A DNA stretch of 64,000 nt from Candidatus Yanofskybacteria bacterium RIFCSPHIGHO2_01_FULL_41_26 (GTDB lineage Bacteria; Patescibacteriota; Minisyncoccia; 2-02-FULL-40-12; GWA2-44-9), in assembly GCA_001794055.1 (NCBI GenBank), contig MGJB01000015.1, positions 4,264 to 68,263 of the forward strand. The letters are read 5' to 3'. The notes beneath the pieces are model-generated. The model made no database searches and had not been told where the DNA came from. It saw only the letters and a list, made by a program, of their open reading frames with translations. This document shows positions 36,523 to 46,352 of this stretch, in pieces. A program made the position numbers and the translations under genes. Each line of letters begins with the position of its first letter. Within the stretch, counting starts at the first letter, position 1.

Positions 36523-37122
36523 ATGGTTTCAATAAAACTAATCATCGGGCTTGGGAATCCAGACGAGGAGTATCAAAATACCCGTCACAACGTGGGATTT
36601 ATGTTTTTGGATTACCTTGCCCGCCGAAGCCTTGGCGAAGGCGGGTCGGCAAAAAAGATTGGTACCAATGACTTTGAAGAAGATAAAAAACGCAATGCAC
36701 TAATATCTAAATCTAGAATTGAAAAGGTATCTGTTGTGTTAGTGAAACCACTTTGCTACGTAAACAAGAGCGGAGAGGTTGTGTCCAAATTAGCCAAATT
36801 TTACAAAATAAAGCCGGCCGATATTATTGTTGTTCAGGATGACCTTGATATTGAATTCGGTTCGTTTAAAAACTCCTTTGAAAAAAATTCAGGCGGTCAT
36901 AAAGGAGTTGAGTCAATCATCAAAGCATTGAAAACCAAAAAATTCTACCGCCTGCGAATCGGGACTTCAGTTCGAGCTCTCCTGAAAGCCCGCGAACAAT
37001 CCGACAAAAAACGAGATGCTTTTGTAATGAATTTTGTTCTCGCTAAGTTTTCACCTAAAGATCAAGACATCATTAAAAAAATGTTTCCCGCTATTTACGA
37101 ACGCCTTCTGCAAATTATCTAA
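36523..37122 (+). CDS. pth: Peptidyl-tRNA hydrolase with internal insertions
   Basis: IIGLGNP...TRHNVGF N-terminus; insert region coincides with palindromic GC element at 36619-36645. Confidence 0.88.
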   Translation: MVSIKLIIGLGNPDEEYQNTRHNVGFMFLDYLARRSLGEGGSAKKIGTNDFEEDKKRNALISKSRIEKVSVVLVKPLCYVNKSGEVVSKLAKFYKIKPADIIVVQDDLDIEFGSFKNSFEKNSGGHKGVESIIKALKTKKFYRLRIGTSVRALLKAREQSDKKRDAFVMNFVLAKFSPKDQDIIKKMFPAIYERLLQII

Positions 37123-37132
37123 ATCCTCTAAA

Positions 37133-37170
37133 CCAAAAATCCCCTGAGTTTGTCGAAGGGGATTTTTGGT
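37133..37170. terminator. Bidirectional rho-independent terminator
   Basis: aaaaatcccct-gagtttgtcga-aggggattttt. Confidence 0.75.
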
Positions 37171-37184
37171 TTATATACAATAAA

Positions 37185-37868
37185 CTATTCTTCTATTCTC
37201 CTCCTTAAATCTCCAATTACACTCTCGGCGTGTTTTACTCCACCAAGGCCAAAAGCCAAACCCATGGCCAAAGCACCCGCCGCGATCAAGCCCGTAATAA
37301 CGATTTTGATAATATCATCGGCGACTTTTAGTTGAGCCAAGGCTATCAAAAAAGAAAACACAAATACCGCCCACTTGGTCAAAGCTCCCAAAAAGTTAGC
37401 TGACATAAGACCGGCTGCTTTTACAGAAGCCTTTACTAATCCCTCCGAAAATTTAGCAACCAAGATGCCTATCAAAAGAATTATGGCCGCAACGATAACA
37501 TTCGGAAGATAAAAGACAACGGTTCTCAAAAACTCGGAAACCTGTACTAATCCCAAAATGTTTGTCGCCGCCATCAAAAACACCACCACAAAGAACCATT
37601 TTACTAACTCGTAAAACAACATCGGGGTGTTCAATTTAAAACCGCTCCTCTCCCAGGCCTGTCTAAAACCTACCTTGCCCAAAGCATTATCTACATGCAA
37701 TATTTTAACCACATGATAAGCTAATTTTCCAAGCAATTCAGCGACAAGCCAACCAACCAAAAATACAACAACTGCCGCGATCAATTGCGGCAAAAAAAGA
37801 GCTACTCCTCCCCAAAGAGTCATTAACGAATTTCTGACAATATCTGATGCTGCTACTACTTCAAACAT
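37185..37868 (-). CDS. Membrane protein with conserved TM-helix repeats (MscS-N-terminal-like)
   Basis: 227 aa polytopic; repeated hydrophobic helix pattern. Confidence 0.5.
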   Translation of the reverse strand: MFEVVAASDIVRNSLMTLWGGVALFLPQLIAAVVVFLVGWLVAELLGKLAYHVVKILHVDNALGKVGFRQAWERSGFKLNTPMLFYELVKWFFVVVFLMAATNILGLVQVSEFLRTVVFYLPNVIVAAIILLIGILVAKFSEGLVKASVKAAGLMSANFLGALTKWAVFVFSFLIALAQLKVADDIIKIVITGLIAAGALAMGLAFGLGGVKHAESVIGDLRRRIEE

Positions 37869-37887
37869 AACAACACCTCCCTCTGTG

Positions 37888-37918
37888 CCTCGCCGAAGCC
37901 TCTAGGGCGAAGGCGGGT
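37888..37918. repeat. Short GC palindrome cgccgaagcc-N5-ggcgaaggcgggtc (second copy inside pth at 36619-36645)
   Basis: Both copies read directly. Confidence 0.65.
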
Positions 37919-38008
37919 CTTTTTTCTCTTATTTTCACTTATACAGTATAGCATTTCGGAGTTTGGACTGGCATTTTTAAATGTGGATAACCCACCAGTC
38001 ATTGAACT

Positions 38009-38902
38009 CTACCAACTTCCAGAAGCGCCTCCGCCGCCAGAACTGCCACCGCCAAAACCCCCAAACCCACTGCCACCTGATCTTGAACTGTCCCCTGATC
38101 TTGGTCCGCCTCGACCCCCAATCCACCAAGGCAACGTCTGACCCGTTTTTTTTGCAACGGTATATTTTCTAGAAACAAGGCGATCAAGCCAAAGGCCTAA
38201 AGGTATTAAAATCAAGGCCGAAATGAATCCGGAAATTAAAGAAAAAATAAGACTGACAATAATAGCTATTGCCCCACCGACGATTCCCCCGCCCCACCAG
38301 GATTTGGAACGAGCTAAAATGCTTCCTGTCCACACAGAAAATATCCATAAAACCCAAAATAAAAATAAGATTGAATCGGCATCGAATCCTCTGCTGTTGT
38401 TTGGACTTGTGTTGGGTTTAAATTCTCCTTTTGTTATTGAAATGATGTTGTCCACTCCACTGTCAATGCCGCCGTAGTAATCTCCCTTTTGAAAAGCAGG
38501 CTTTAAGATATTTTGTATTATCCAAAAACTCTGGGCATCGGTCAGAGATCCCTCCAAACCATAACCGACCTCGATCCGCATCCGCCTATCATCACGGGCG
38601 ATAAGAAGCAAAATGCCGTTGTTTTTTTTATTTTTTCCTATTCCCCAATCCTCGAAAAGTTTTACGGCAAAATTTTCAACGGTGTCTCCGCCGAGATCGG
38701 CAATGGTGACCACTGCCAGTTCGTTGCTGGTATCTTTTTCAAAATTACTAATTTTAATTTCTAAAGCCTGTCTCTGTTCTACTGTAAGCATCCCCGCAAA
38801 ATCATTTACAAAACCGGTTTTAATACCAGGGCTCTGGTAAGCAAAAACAAGCAAGGGAACTAAAACAAAGAGACCGCTTAGCATCTTGGGGAGTCTAAGC
38901 AT
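38009..38902 (-). CDS. TPM-domain (TLP18.3/YgcG-like) protein with Gly-rich C-terminal tail
   Basis: FVNDFAGMLT...ELAVVTIADLGGDT...NNGILLLIARDDRRMRIEVGYGLEG. Confidence 0.8.
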   Translation of the reverse strand: MLRLPKMLSGLFVLVPLLVFAYQSPGIKTGFVNDFAGMLTVEQRQALEIKISNFEKDTSNELAVVTIADLGGDTVENFAVKLFEDWGIGKNKKNNGILLLIARDDRRMRIEVGYGLEGSLTDAQSFWIIQNILKPAFQKGDYYGGIDSGVDNIISITKGEFKPNTSPNNSRGFDADSILFLFWVLWIFSVWTGSILARSKSWWGGGIVGGAIAIIVSLIFSLISGFISALILIPLGLWLDRLVSRKYTVAKKTGQTLPWWIGGRGGPRSGDSSRSGGSGFGGFGGGSSGGGGASGSW

Positions 38903-38919
38903 GGATAATTTGAAATTGA

Positions 38920-39510
38920 TTAGAAATTAACCCCGGGAACTTTTTCTGCTCCGGATTGAGATTCAAAATACGGCTTTGCGCTAAATCCGTAAAGACGAAC
39001 AAAAACATTTGCCGGAAATCTTTTTAGTGTCGTATTGTAAGTCCTTACCGTATCATTGAACCTGCTCCTTTCCACGCTTATCCTGTTTTCCGTACCTTCA
39101 AGTTGGGCCATCAAAGTCAGAACGGTTTCCGAAGAACGAAGCTGAGGATAGTTTTCCAAAACAACAAGCAATCGGCCAAGAGAATTCTCCACATCATTGG
39201 CAGCTTTTACTTTATCGTCTGTGTTGGCAGCTCCGGCATAACGAGTTCTGGCTTCAGCCAAATCACCAAATACTTTTTGTTCTTGCGCCATAATGCCCTT
39301 TACCGAATTAACCAAGTTTGGTATTAAATCAAATCTTCTCTGATATTGGGTTTCGACTTGAGCCCATTGGCCGGCAATATTTTCATTCGCCTTGACCAAA
39401 CCATTATATAGAGACCACGAATACAAAACCACGACCACTACTATACCGACAATTATCCATGTAAATTTATTCATATTATGTATAGTAATACTTTTTAAAC
39501 ATAAGTTCAA
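38920..39510 (-). CDS. lemA: LemA family protein
   Basis: QWAQVETQYQRRFDLIPNLV LemA signature, N-terminal TM. Confidence 0.85.
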   Translation of the reverse strand: MNLCLKSITIHNMNKFTWIIVGIVVVVVLYSWSLYNGLVKANENIAGQWAQVETQYQRRFDLIPNLVNSVKGIMAQEQKVFGDLAEARTRYAGAANTDDKVKAANDVENSLGRLLVVLENYPQLRSSETVLTLMAQLEGTENRISVERSRFNDTVRTYNTTLKRFPANVFVRLYGFSAKPYFESQSGAEKVPGVNF

Positions 39511-39576
39511 CTGGAGCGAAGTTTTTAAGTTGAAAATAAAAAAGCTCCCCTTTGGGAGCCATCTGTTTTTAAATAT

Positions 39577-41022
39577 TTACCAGCTTCCAGAAGCGCCTCC
39601 GCCACCGAAACTGCCTCCTCCAAAACCGCCAAAACTGCTTGAACCTGATGAGCTGGAAGATGACCAGTTTGAAGAATTTGAGTAGTTTGAACTACTACTA
39701 TAAGAATTTCGCTTCGGCCTGGGATGTCGTTTTTCTTCGGCATCTTCTTTGTCCGACTTGGCCTTCGATTTGGCGCTTGCTACAAGCGCCATTGCCTCGG
39801 CAAACAGAGCGACCACTAGAAGCCAGTTGACCGACTGGTTATCGGCCGCACTTCTAGCCTTCCGATATTTGTCTTCGGCTTGATCAAGATACTTGCGGCT
39901 TCTGTCTTTCACATCTTTATGTTCCAATTCTTTCCGAGCTGCCTTGATGGAATCGGGAACCGAATCAATTAATTTCGAGCTTGTGGCCTTAGCGTCATTT
40001 ACTTCCTGAATTTTATTTGTAATTGCTTCAAGGAGTCCCGAGGACGTCGAGATCGCCGTGAGTAGTGTCACGATTTTGTTGTAAATCGTTTCCGAGTTCA
40101 TCCGATCGGAACTTCGATGCTCTTCCTGCAGTAATGCCAGTTTCTTTTTTTGACTTTCAAGATCTGCAGGCAACTTATTCAGGCGATTTTCAAGATTTGA
40201 CCAAACTTCTTTTGGATTGGTCTTTTGAAGTTGCTCTAGTTTTTCACGAGCTTTTGGAATTTTTTGTTCAGCTTCTTTGATATAATTTTCGCAATTCACG
40301 AGTGAGCGGATATTTTCATCATAAATATTTTTTAGATATTTTCGCCGAATCTCCGCTTTATAGATAAAAATTCCAATTACTATTAGCACAATAATTGCCA
40401 GTCCCGTTGGAATAGCAATACTAAGAAATGCCGCCACTTGTTCGTCCTGAAGCTTCTGTTCGGCGGCCGCCTTCTCTGCGGCAATTTTTCTTTCTTCAAG
40501 GCGTGCCTCAAAGGGCTTAATGCCTAGATTGGTCAGAATTGCATCAATACCAGCCATAATACCCTTGGTCAATTTGGCGTTCTTGGCTGCTGTAGGCAAA
40601 TCGACCGATTCCTTAAAATAAGGAATTATTATGTCTCTGATAATCCGTCCGCTTTGGACATCGGTTAGATCTGATTCCATTCCATATCCGACTTCAATCC
40701 TCATTTTTCTTTCATTAGGAGCAACCAGTAACACAACACCATTATCCTTCTTTTTATCTCCAACGCCCCACGACTGGGCCAGTCCGAGAGTGTAATCCTC
40801 CACGGTCTCACCTTCCAAAGACAGAACTGTTACTACAGCCACTTCAATAGATGTTTTTTCGCGATAATCCCGAAGTCGTGTTTCGGTCTGCTGTTTGGTC
40901 TCGGCTGACATTATATTCGCAAAGTCGTTCACATATCCGACTGGCTTAGGATAGTTCGGAACAGCAAATGCAATTGCGGCCACAATAACAAAACAAACCA
41001 TCAGAAAGCTTTTCTTAGCCAT
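39577..41022 (-). CDS. TPM-domain protein with long coiled-coil and Gly-rich C-terminal tail
   Basis: N-terminal TPM domain (GYVNDFANIMS...NGVVLLVAPNERKMRIEVGYGME); C-terminus nearly identical to 38009..38902 tail. Confidence 0.8.
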   Translation of the reverse strand: MAKKSFLMVCFVIVAAIAFAVPNYPKPVGYVNDFANIMSAETKQQTETRLRDYREKTSIEVAVVTVLSLEGETVEDYTLGLAQSWGVGDKKKDNGVVLLVAPNERKMRIEVGYGMESDLTDVQSGRIIRDIIIPYFKESVDLPTAAKNAKLTKGIMAGIDAILTNLGIKPFEARLEERKIAAEKAAAEQKLQDEQVAAFLSIAIPTGLAIIVLIVIGIFIYKAEIRRKYLKNIYDENIRSLVNCENYIKEAEQKIPKAREKLEQLQKTNPKEVWSNLENRLNKLPADLESQKKKLALLQEEHRSSDRMNSETIYNKIVTLLTAISTSSGLLEAITNKIQEVNDAKATSSKLIDSVPDSIKAARKELEHKDVKDRSRKYLDQAEDKYRKARSAADNQSVNWLLVVALFAEAMALVASAKSKAKSDKEDAEEKRHPRPKRNSYSSSSNYSNSSNWSSSSSSGSSSFGGFGGGSFGGGGASGSW

Positions 41023-41492
41023 TATCTGCTACCTCCCACAATAACCTCATCGGACAACTCATCAACGTCGTCATTTCTTCTTGGGAAATATTTCGCCAAT
41101 TGTCTTCCTATGCTTTCCACAACAGCACAAATTCCAACATGGAAGTTTCCATCTTTGAAATAAAGAGTCATAGCTTTTGCCATATTATCCCAGTATCCCT
41201 GCGGAAGCTTGGAATAAATTCCAGAGTCTCCAAGAATAGTGAATGTCCTCTCGTTCAAAACAATAAGAATCAGTATTCCTGTCTTATCGCGAGTTTTATG
41301 CATACCCGCCGTTTCAAAATCTCGAACGGCCTGTTCATGAACTCTGCCCATCAGATCATGATCACAGTCAAGAATAATCTCGACACGGATTTCTCCTGAA
41401 GTTTGCTTCTCGGCTTTGACAATAGTTGTTTCAATCTCCTTGAGCTGATCAGCAGAAAAATAATCTAGAACTTGTTGTTGTTTTTCAGACAT
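41022..41492 (-). CDS. TPM-domain-like cytosolic protein
   Basis: GEIRVEIIL...TGILILIVLNERTFTILGDSGI resembles TPM domain halves. Confidence 0.6.
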   Translation of the reverse strand: MSEKQQQVLDYFSADQLKEIETTIVKAEKQTSGEIRVEIILDCDHDLMGRVHEQAVRDFETAGMHKTRDKTGILILIVLNERTFTILGDSGIYSKLPQGYWDNMAKAMTLYFKDGNFHVGICAVVESIGRQLAKYFPRRNDDVDELSDEVIVGGSR

Positions 41493-42178
41493 TACTTTCT
41501 CAAGTCTCTAAAGTCCACCTTGGGAGCTTTATTGGCGCCTTCTTCGGCTTTAAAGTACGGAAACACTTCAAAACCAAACCAATTAGCGACAAGATTGGTC
41601 GGGAAAACATTTCTTGTCGAATTATAATCAGCGGCCGATTTGTTATAACGCATCCGTTCAACAGAAATTCGATTTTCGGTCCCTTCAATCTGATCCTGTA
41701 GCCTTAGAAAATTTTCGTTGGCTTTGAGTTCTGGGTACTTTTCCATTACCACCATCAGCCGCGTCATTGCGCTTGAAAGTTCGCCTTGCGTCTGCTGGAA
41801 CTGGGCCAGAGCCGCGGCATTTGGTATCTGGTCTGCCTTTATATTTACCTGGCCAACTTTTGCTCGAGCTTCGGTTACGGCAACAAAGGTTTCATTTTCA
41901 TGAATTGCATAACCGCGTGCTGTTTCCACAAGGTTCGGCACCAAATCCGCCCTGCGCTGATAGACGTTTTCAACCTGTCCCCAGCTAGCCCTGGTTGCTT
42001 CACTTTTGGTGACAAGAGTGTTATAAGAATTCAAAACAGTTCCCCCTACGGCACAACCACCGATAAGAATAGCCGCGACAATTACGCCAACAACCCCAAG
42101 TGTCCATTTGCCCATGTGGTTTTCTTCTCCTGTTTTTGTTAAAGATCCATTTGGCAGGGTTCGGAATGAACTCTGCAC
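41492..42178 (-). CDS. lemA: LemA family protein (second copy; true start possibly MGKWTLGVVG)
   Basis: SWGQVENVYQRRADLVPNLVE LemA signature. Confidence 0.85.
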   Translation of the reverse strand: MQSSFRTLPNGSLTKTGEENHMGKWTLGVVGVIVAAILIGGCAVGGTVLNSYNTLVTKSEATRASWGQVENVYQRRADLVPNLVETARGYAIHENETFVAVTEARAKVGQVNIKADQIPNAAALAQFQQTQGELSSAMTRLMVVMEKYPELKANENFLRLQDQIEGTENRISVERMRYNKSAADYNSTRNVFPTNLVANWFGFEVFPYFKAEEGANKAPKVDFRDLRK

Positions 42179-42316
42179 ACCTTGGATATAATAAATGAAT
42201 AAGTGGTTTTTGTCAAAATAAATTCCCAGAAAGAGCCAATTATTTATTATGCTTTAGTTTATATATCGCTAAGAATTATTAAGGTATTTAATAATGTTTA
42301 TAATTCTTTAATAATC

Positions 42317-42979
42317 TTAGATATCCCCACGGTATTTAGAGATTCCATTTGCCCATCCAGAGATTTGCCTAGCTAACATCGAACTTCCTTTCACTCTAAC
42401 CCTTAGAAGACTGCGTTTTGATTTTTTTAAGACGTAATAACGTGAAAAATTTGCTTGAGAAAATCCGGTTACATTGGCCCAGTAATCAACAGCTTCGTTT
42501 AATAGCTTCGGGCTATTTTTCCCAATATAAACATCCAGACTAATTTCTTCTTTCTTGACTCTTCCAATACCCTCAAGCCACTTCAAAAATAATTTTATTA
42601 AGTTGGGATCAGAACTTGTAAACCGGACTCCCTTTTTTAAATCACTATCTTGTTTGTTCAATAACCTTTCCCTCCAATATAAGACGACTCCCATCAGCCA
42701 CAATTCTCTTTTGGAAATTTGTCCAATATCTTTAGCGGAGGTTTTTTGTATCTCCTCAATTGCTTTGTGGGTTTTTAAAGTTCTTATTTTTGAACCTCTT
42801 TGAACTGCCTCAATTCTCTTTTTTTTCAATCTTACCAGCTGGGGTTCAGACAATTTTATGCCCCGAAACCAGTAAGAAAGAGTTGATTTTGGAACAGAAC
42901 AAAATTTTTGAATTTCTGAATACGAATACCCTCCTTTTCGAAGCTCAGTTGCAAAATCTTTGGGATCAGTTTTTTTCAT
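42317..42979 (-). CDS. HTH-domain protein, possible free-standing homing-endonuclease-like
   Basis: N-terminal helix-turn-helix-like GYSYSEIQKFCSVPKSTLSYWFRG; weak resemblance only. Confidence 0.35.
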   Translation of the reverse strand: MKKTDPKDFATELRKGGYSYSEIQKFCSVPKSTLSYWFRGIKLSEPQLVRLKKKRIEAVQRGSKIRTLKTHKAIEEIQKTSAKDIGQISKRELWLMGVVLYWRERLLNKQDSDLKKGVRFTSSDPNLIKLFLKWLEGIGRVKKEEISLDVYIGKNSPKLLNEAVDYWANVTGFSQANFSRYYVLKKSKRSLLRVRVKGSSMLARQISGWANGISKYRGDI

Positions 42980-43108
42980 ATGAACTAGGCTACTTATTTA
43001 CTACTAACACATTAGCACGGTTCAATAGACCTTGAAAATACCCTTATCCACAGCCAATATCTGAAGCTCTACATTGTTTTATATTTTTTATCTATTTGAA
43101 GTTCAAAT

Positions 43109-43771
43109 TTACTTTTGAATTACAAAGTCCATCCAAATTTTACCGAAAGGATCGTTAAACTTTTTTAAATCTATTATCTTAAAATCGGCTTTTTCGATAG
43201 ATTCTCTCAATTCTTGTTCTGTCCAGAACTTACGAAAACGTTTTTCTTTTTTACTGAAACCTTCTTTGATATACCACCCCTCTTTACTCTCCGATGATTC
43301 AGTAGAGCTGACAAGGGCAACTCCTCCTGATGTTAAAACTGAACTTATTTTTTCAAACATTCCAGGGATTTGTTTTTTTGGAAAAAGGTGAATGAAGGCA
43401 AACGCTAAAACTCCGTTGAATTTTTTACTGAATTCAGTTGTTAGAAAGTCCCCCACTATAATGTCTGATGCGGGGTTTCTTTTGCGAGCGTAGTCAGCCA
43501 TTTTAGAAGAAATTTCTATGCCGGTTGCCTGGAAACCTTTTTTATTTAAAACGCTTATTGCTAAACCGACGCCACACCCAATATCTAGTATTCTCCCATC
43601 AGATTTAATATAGCGCGAAAAATAAGACATCGAGTTTTCTGTAACCGGCCGAAGATCTTCCACTCTGGCTTCATATTCTGCTGATAAGGCATCATAGGTA
43701 TTCTTGTGGATTATTAGAGAATTCTTCATAAAAATTGGCTTTATTACTGATAAATACGAAATAAATACCAC
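43109..43771 (-). CDS. Class I SAM-dependent methyltransferase
   Basis: ILDIGCGVGLAI motif I. Confidence 0.8.
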   Translation of the reverse strand: MVFISYLSVIKPIFMKNSLIIHKNTYDALSAEYEARVEDLRPVTENSMSYFSRYIKSDGRILDIGCGVGLAISVLNKKGFQATGIEISSKMADYARKRNPASDIIVGDFLTTEFSKKFNGVLAFAFIHLFPKKQIPGMFEKISSVLTSGGVALVSSTESSESKEGWYIKEGFSKKEKRFRKFWTEQELRESIEKADFKIIDLKKFNDPFGKIWMDFVIQK

Positions 43772-44577
43772 TAGTATCTAGTTCGTGTTTCTACTATTTC
43801 GCAAAATTTCATGGCATTGAGCAGATTGTCTTTTAATATTGCGAATGTATTGGCATGTTTTGTTTCGTCAATAAACCCATTCCCGTAAAGCACAACTTTT
43901 ACTCGCGTCGTAATATCAAAAATAGCAATATATCCCACGAGCTTTAATCTTCCATAAACTTTATCGGACATCCGCGGCCTAAATTCATAACCCTTCAGCT
44001 TTAAAACCGGATTTGAAAGATTAAACGAAGCCGCTATCCAAGCAGAAATAAGTCGAAGTCTCATTGTGTTATAACCGCTTCCAACATCGTCATCTGTGGT
44101 GCAACCAAATTCATAAAGCTGTCCTGAGCGTTGGCCAACTTGAATGTTGCCTAGTGCAATAAAATTCCAGCCCTTAATGGAGGTCACTGGTCTTGGATCA
44201 CCATAGTGTTTCAGCCAACTATTTTGATCGGCAATTGCAAGCTTGAAATGATCTTCCAACGTCCAGATTGCCTTATGTGCCAACTTTATCGTATATCCTC
44301 CCAGCCAAGATTGATATTCAATTGAATTTGGATCGAAGCGAGAAGATTCACCGTTATGGACACTACCCATAGTAAAATAATTTGCCCCTTTTTCTACGTC
44401 AAGCCCGAACCTCTTCCATGTCTTAGTCATTTCACAGGCCATCCAGCCGTTGATATACTCACTGGGAATGTTTTGGAATATTAATTTATATCCAATCTCA
44501 TGCTCCACTTTCCTGAATCTCGGAAGCCAGATAAGCTGAAGAAGCCTAGCTAATTTTTCTAATATGGTCTCGATCAT
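43771..44577 (-). CDS. Hypothetical protein (268 aa), co-operonic with methyltransferase
   Basis: 4-nt overlaps on both sides; no recognised domain. Confidence 0.5.
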   Translation of the reverse strand: MIETILEKLARLLQLIWLPRFRKVEHEIGYKLIFQNIPSEYINGWMACEMTKTWKRFGLDVEKGANYFTMGSVHNGESSRFDPNSIEYQSWLGGYTIKLAHKAIWTLEDHFKLAIADQNSWLKHYGDPRPVTSIKGWNFIALGNIQVGQRSGQLYEFGCTTDDDVGSGYNTMRLRLISAWIAASFNLSNPVLKLKGYEFRPRMSDKVYGRLKLVGYIAIFDITTRVKVVLYGNGFIDETKHANTFAILKDNLLNAMKFCEIVETRTRY

Positions 44578-44912
44578 GGCTTGTTGTCAATTTTTGTGGG
44601 TATTTTTCCAAGTATCTTTTTAATCTTGAGTTTATTAAACCACTTCTTCCCTATTATTCGGGCTAGTTTATTCTGGGTTCTCTTTCTGCCAAAAATAATG
44701 AACAACCCCACAAAGAAAAGCCAGGAACCGGGAGTAAACGGCGTCAGTAATGAAATAATCCCCCATAAAATTAAAATGCCAGCCAAGACATCCCGAGAAT
44801 ATTCAACTAATTTTTTATAAAAATTTTTATATTTCATTTCAAAACTCAAAAATAGAAAAATATTGAAAATCCCAGCTTTTAATAACTTTCCAAAATGCAA
44901 CCACCAAATCAA
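44574..44912 (-). CDS. Small membrane protein (112 aa)
   Basis: Hydrophobic helices; first gene of 3-gene overlapping operon. Confidence 0.45.
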   Translation of the reverse strand: MIWWLHFGKLLKAGIFNIFLFLSFEMKYKNFYKKLVEYSRDVLAGILILWGIISLLTPFTPGSWLFFVGLFIIFGRKRTQNKLARIIGKKWFNKLKIKKILGKIPTKIDNKP

Positions 44913-45045
44913 CCCTCGGTTTATTTCCGTGTGTCATATTCATACAATGTGGCTGGACTATAGTGTCTAGTATTAGACCAATGAGGGTATTCTAAGGGTT
45001 TTTGGAGGTCTTTTCCAGAGTTATTTTGACCCATCTTGGTCGGAA

Positions 45046-45597
45046 CTATAATTTAAAAATTCTTAGGTTGTTACTATCCTTTCTCTCCTCAATGCTTGTG
45101 TTTTTAACTATCGGCAGAACTAACGATTCCATTTCTCCCTGGCACTCATAATCTGAAATAAAGTATTTTTCAGCTTCTTCCTTTGTACTCTCATCCAGAT
45201 TTATTGCAATCGTAATGTGAGGTTTAAAGTCAATCTCGTATTCTTTGGTGGAGTCGTCCACATAAGTACTATAATCTTTTAGGACCTTCTTTAATTCTTT
45301 CTGTAAATCAACAAGAAAATCATTTTCTTGAGCAATAAGCATGCATATATACTTTCCATCAGATCCTTTATCGACAACTACCTTATCAAAAACTAGCTTC
45401 TTATCAATTAACCTATTATTCTCTATTATTCTAATTATTGAGAATTGTAGATCATTAATCCGATTCTCATCAATATAGCGGGGCTGGATAAGGGTAATGT
45501 GAAGATCAACTGGCTCAAAGTATTTATTCAAAAATTCATCAAACCATTCCGGTTTTTTAGTGAGGCTTACTTTTATATAAACTGCAAATATTTTCAT
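45046..45597 (-). CDS. 2H phosphoesterase superfamily protein (LigT-like)
   Basis: Two H-x-T-x motifs (DLHITLIQ and KPHITIAI) with LigT-like spacing. Confidence 0.65.
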   Translation of the reverse strand: MKIFAVYIKVSLTKKPEWFDEFLNKYFEPVDLHITLIQPRYIDENRINDLQFSIIRIIENNRLIDKKLVFDKVVVDKGSDGKYICMLIAQENDFLVDLQKELKKVLKDYSTYVDDSTKEYEIDFKPHITIAINLDESTKEEAEKYFISDYECQGEMESLVLPIVKNTSIEERKDSNNLRIFKL

Positions 45598-45621
45598 AAA
45601 TTAAGCATCTCTCCCTAAATA

Positions 45622-46170
45622 TTATTCTAGCTTTTTGGCACCTAGGTTTTGAAAAGACCAAAGTCCATTTTCACTATCATTGGGTGGTTGAAACCAACCT
45701 ACGTGGTGGCTTTTATATTTATTAATATTGTTCTCAAAATAAATATTTAGCCTAATTTCACAAACTGAACTATCTAGATTTTTGTATTGGTTAAGTTCGT
45801 TCACTGGCGGAACTGGCAATGTATAGTATATGCCCTCCTTTGGCGGCAATGATAATTTATATCCGCGGTCGTTTCGACTTATTTTAAGATTGTATTTTTT
45901 ATATGCCCCTGTATCTGGGACAATTTCTGTAATGTACACGGCATGATTGCTACCATTTCGAAGTTGAAACTCCCAACAATAACCATCTCCAAGCTTCCTT
46001 GCTTGTAAAAATACTTCTGCAAACTTTTTTAAATCAAACTGTTGTTTAGAAATACGATATGCAAAAATTCCTATAAAAATTGTAGCTAACGCTGAAACAG
46101 CTTCCCAACTAAAAGTAGAGGCGATAATCCTAAATACAAGATAGTCAATTAGATTAAAGTGATAATACAT
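45622..46170 (-). CDS. Hypothetical protein with N-terminal TM (182 aa)
   Basis: ORF only. Confidence 0.45.
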   Translation of the reverse strand: MYYHFNLIDYLVFRIIASTFSWEAVSALATIFIGIFAYRISKQQFDLKKFAEVFLQARKLGDGYCWEFQLRNGSNHAVYITEIVPDTGAYKKYNLKISRNDRGYKLSLPPKEGIYYTLPVPPVNELNQYKNLDSSVCEIRLNIYFENNINKYKSHHVGWFQPPNDSENGLWSFQNLGAKKLE

Positions 46171-46208
46171 TTAAATAAGCTTTTAGGTCTACCTCGATAC
46201 TTCCAACC

Positions 46209-46282
46209 TTGGCTGCCAGGCTTGGATTCGAACCAAGATACACGCCTCCAGAGGGCGCGGTCCTACCGTTAGACGACCTGGC
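46209..46282 (-). tRNA. tRNA-Gln (anticodon CUG)
   Basis: Manual fold: U1-A72 acceptor pair typical of tRNA-Gln, anticodon loop CUCUGGA, T-arm cttgg/ttcgaat/ccaag, CCA encoded. Confidence 0.8.
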
Positions 46283-46352
46283 AAAATAACTTACTCATTC
46301 TACAACAAAAAAACCGTTTTTCCAACGGTTAATTTGACACCAAAACAAAACC

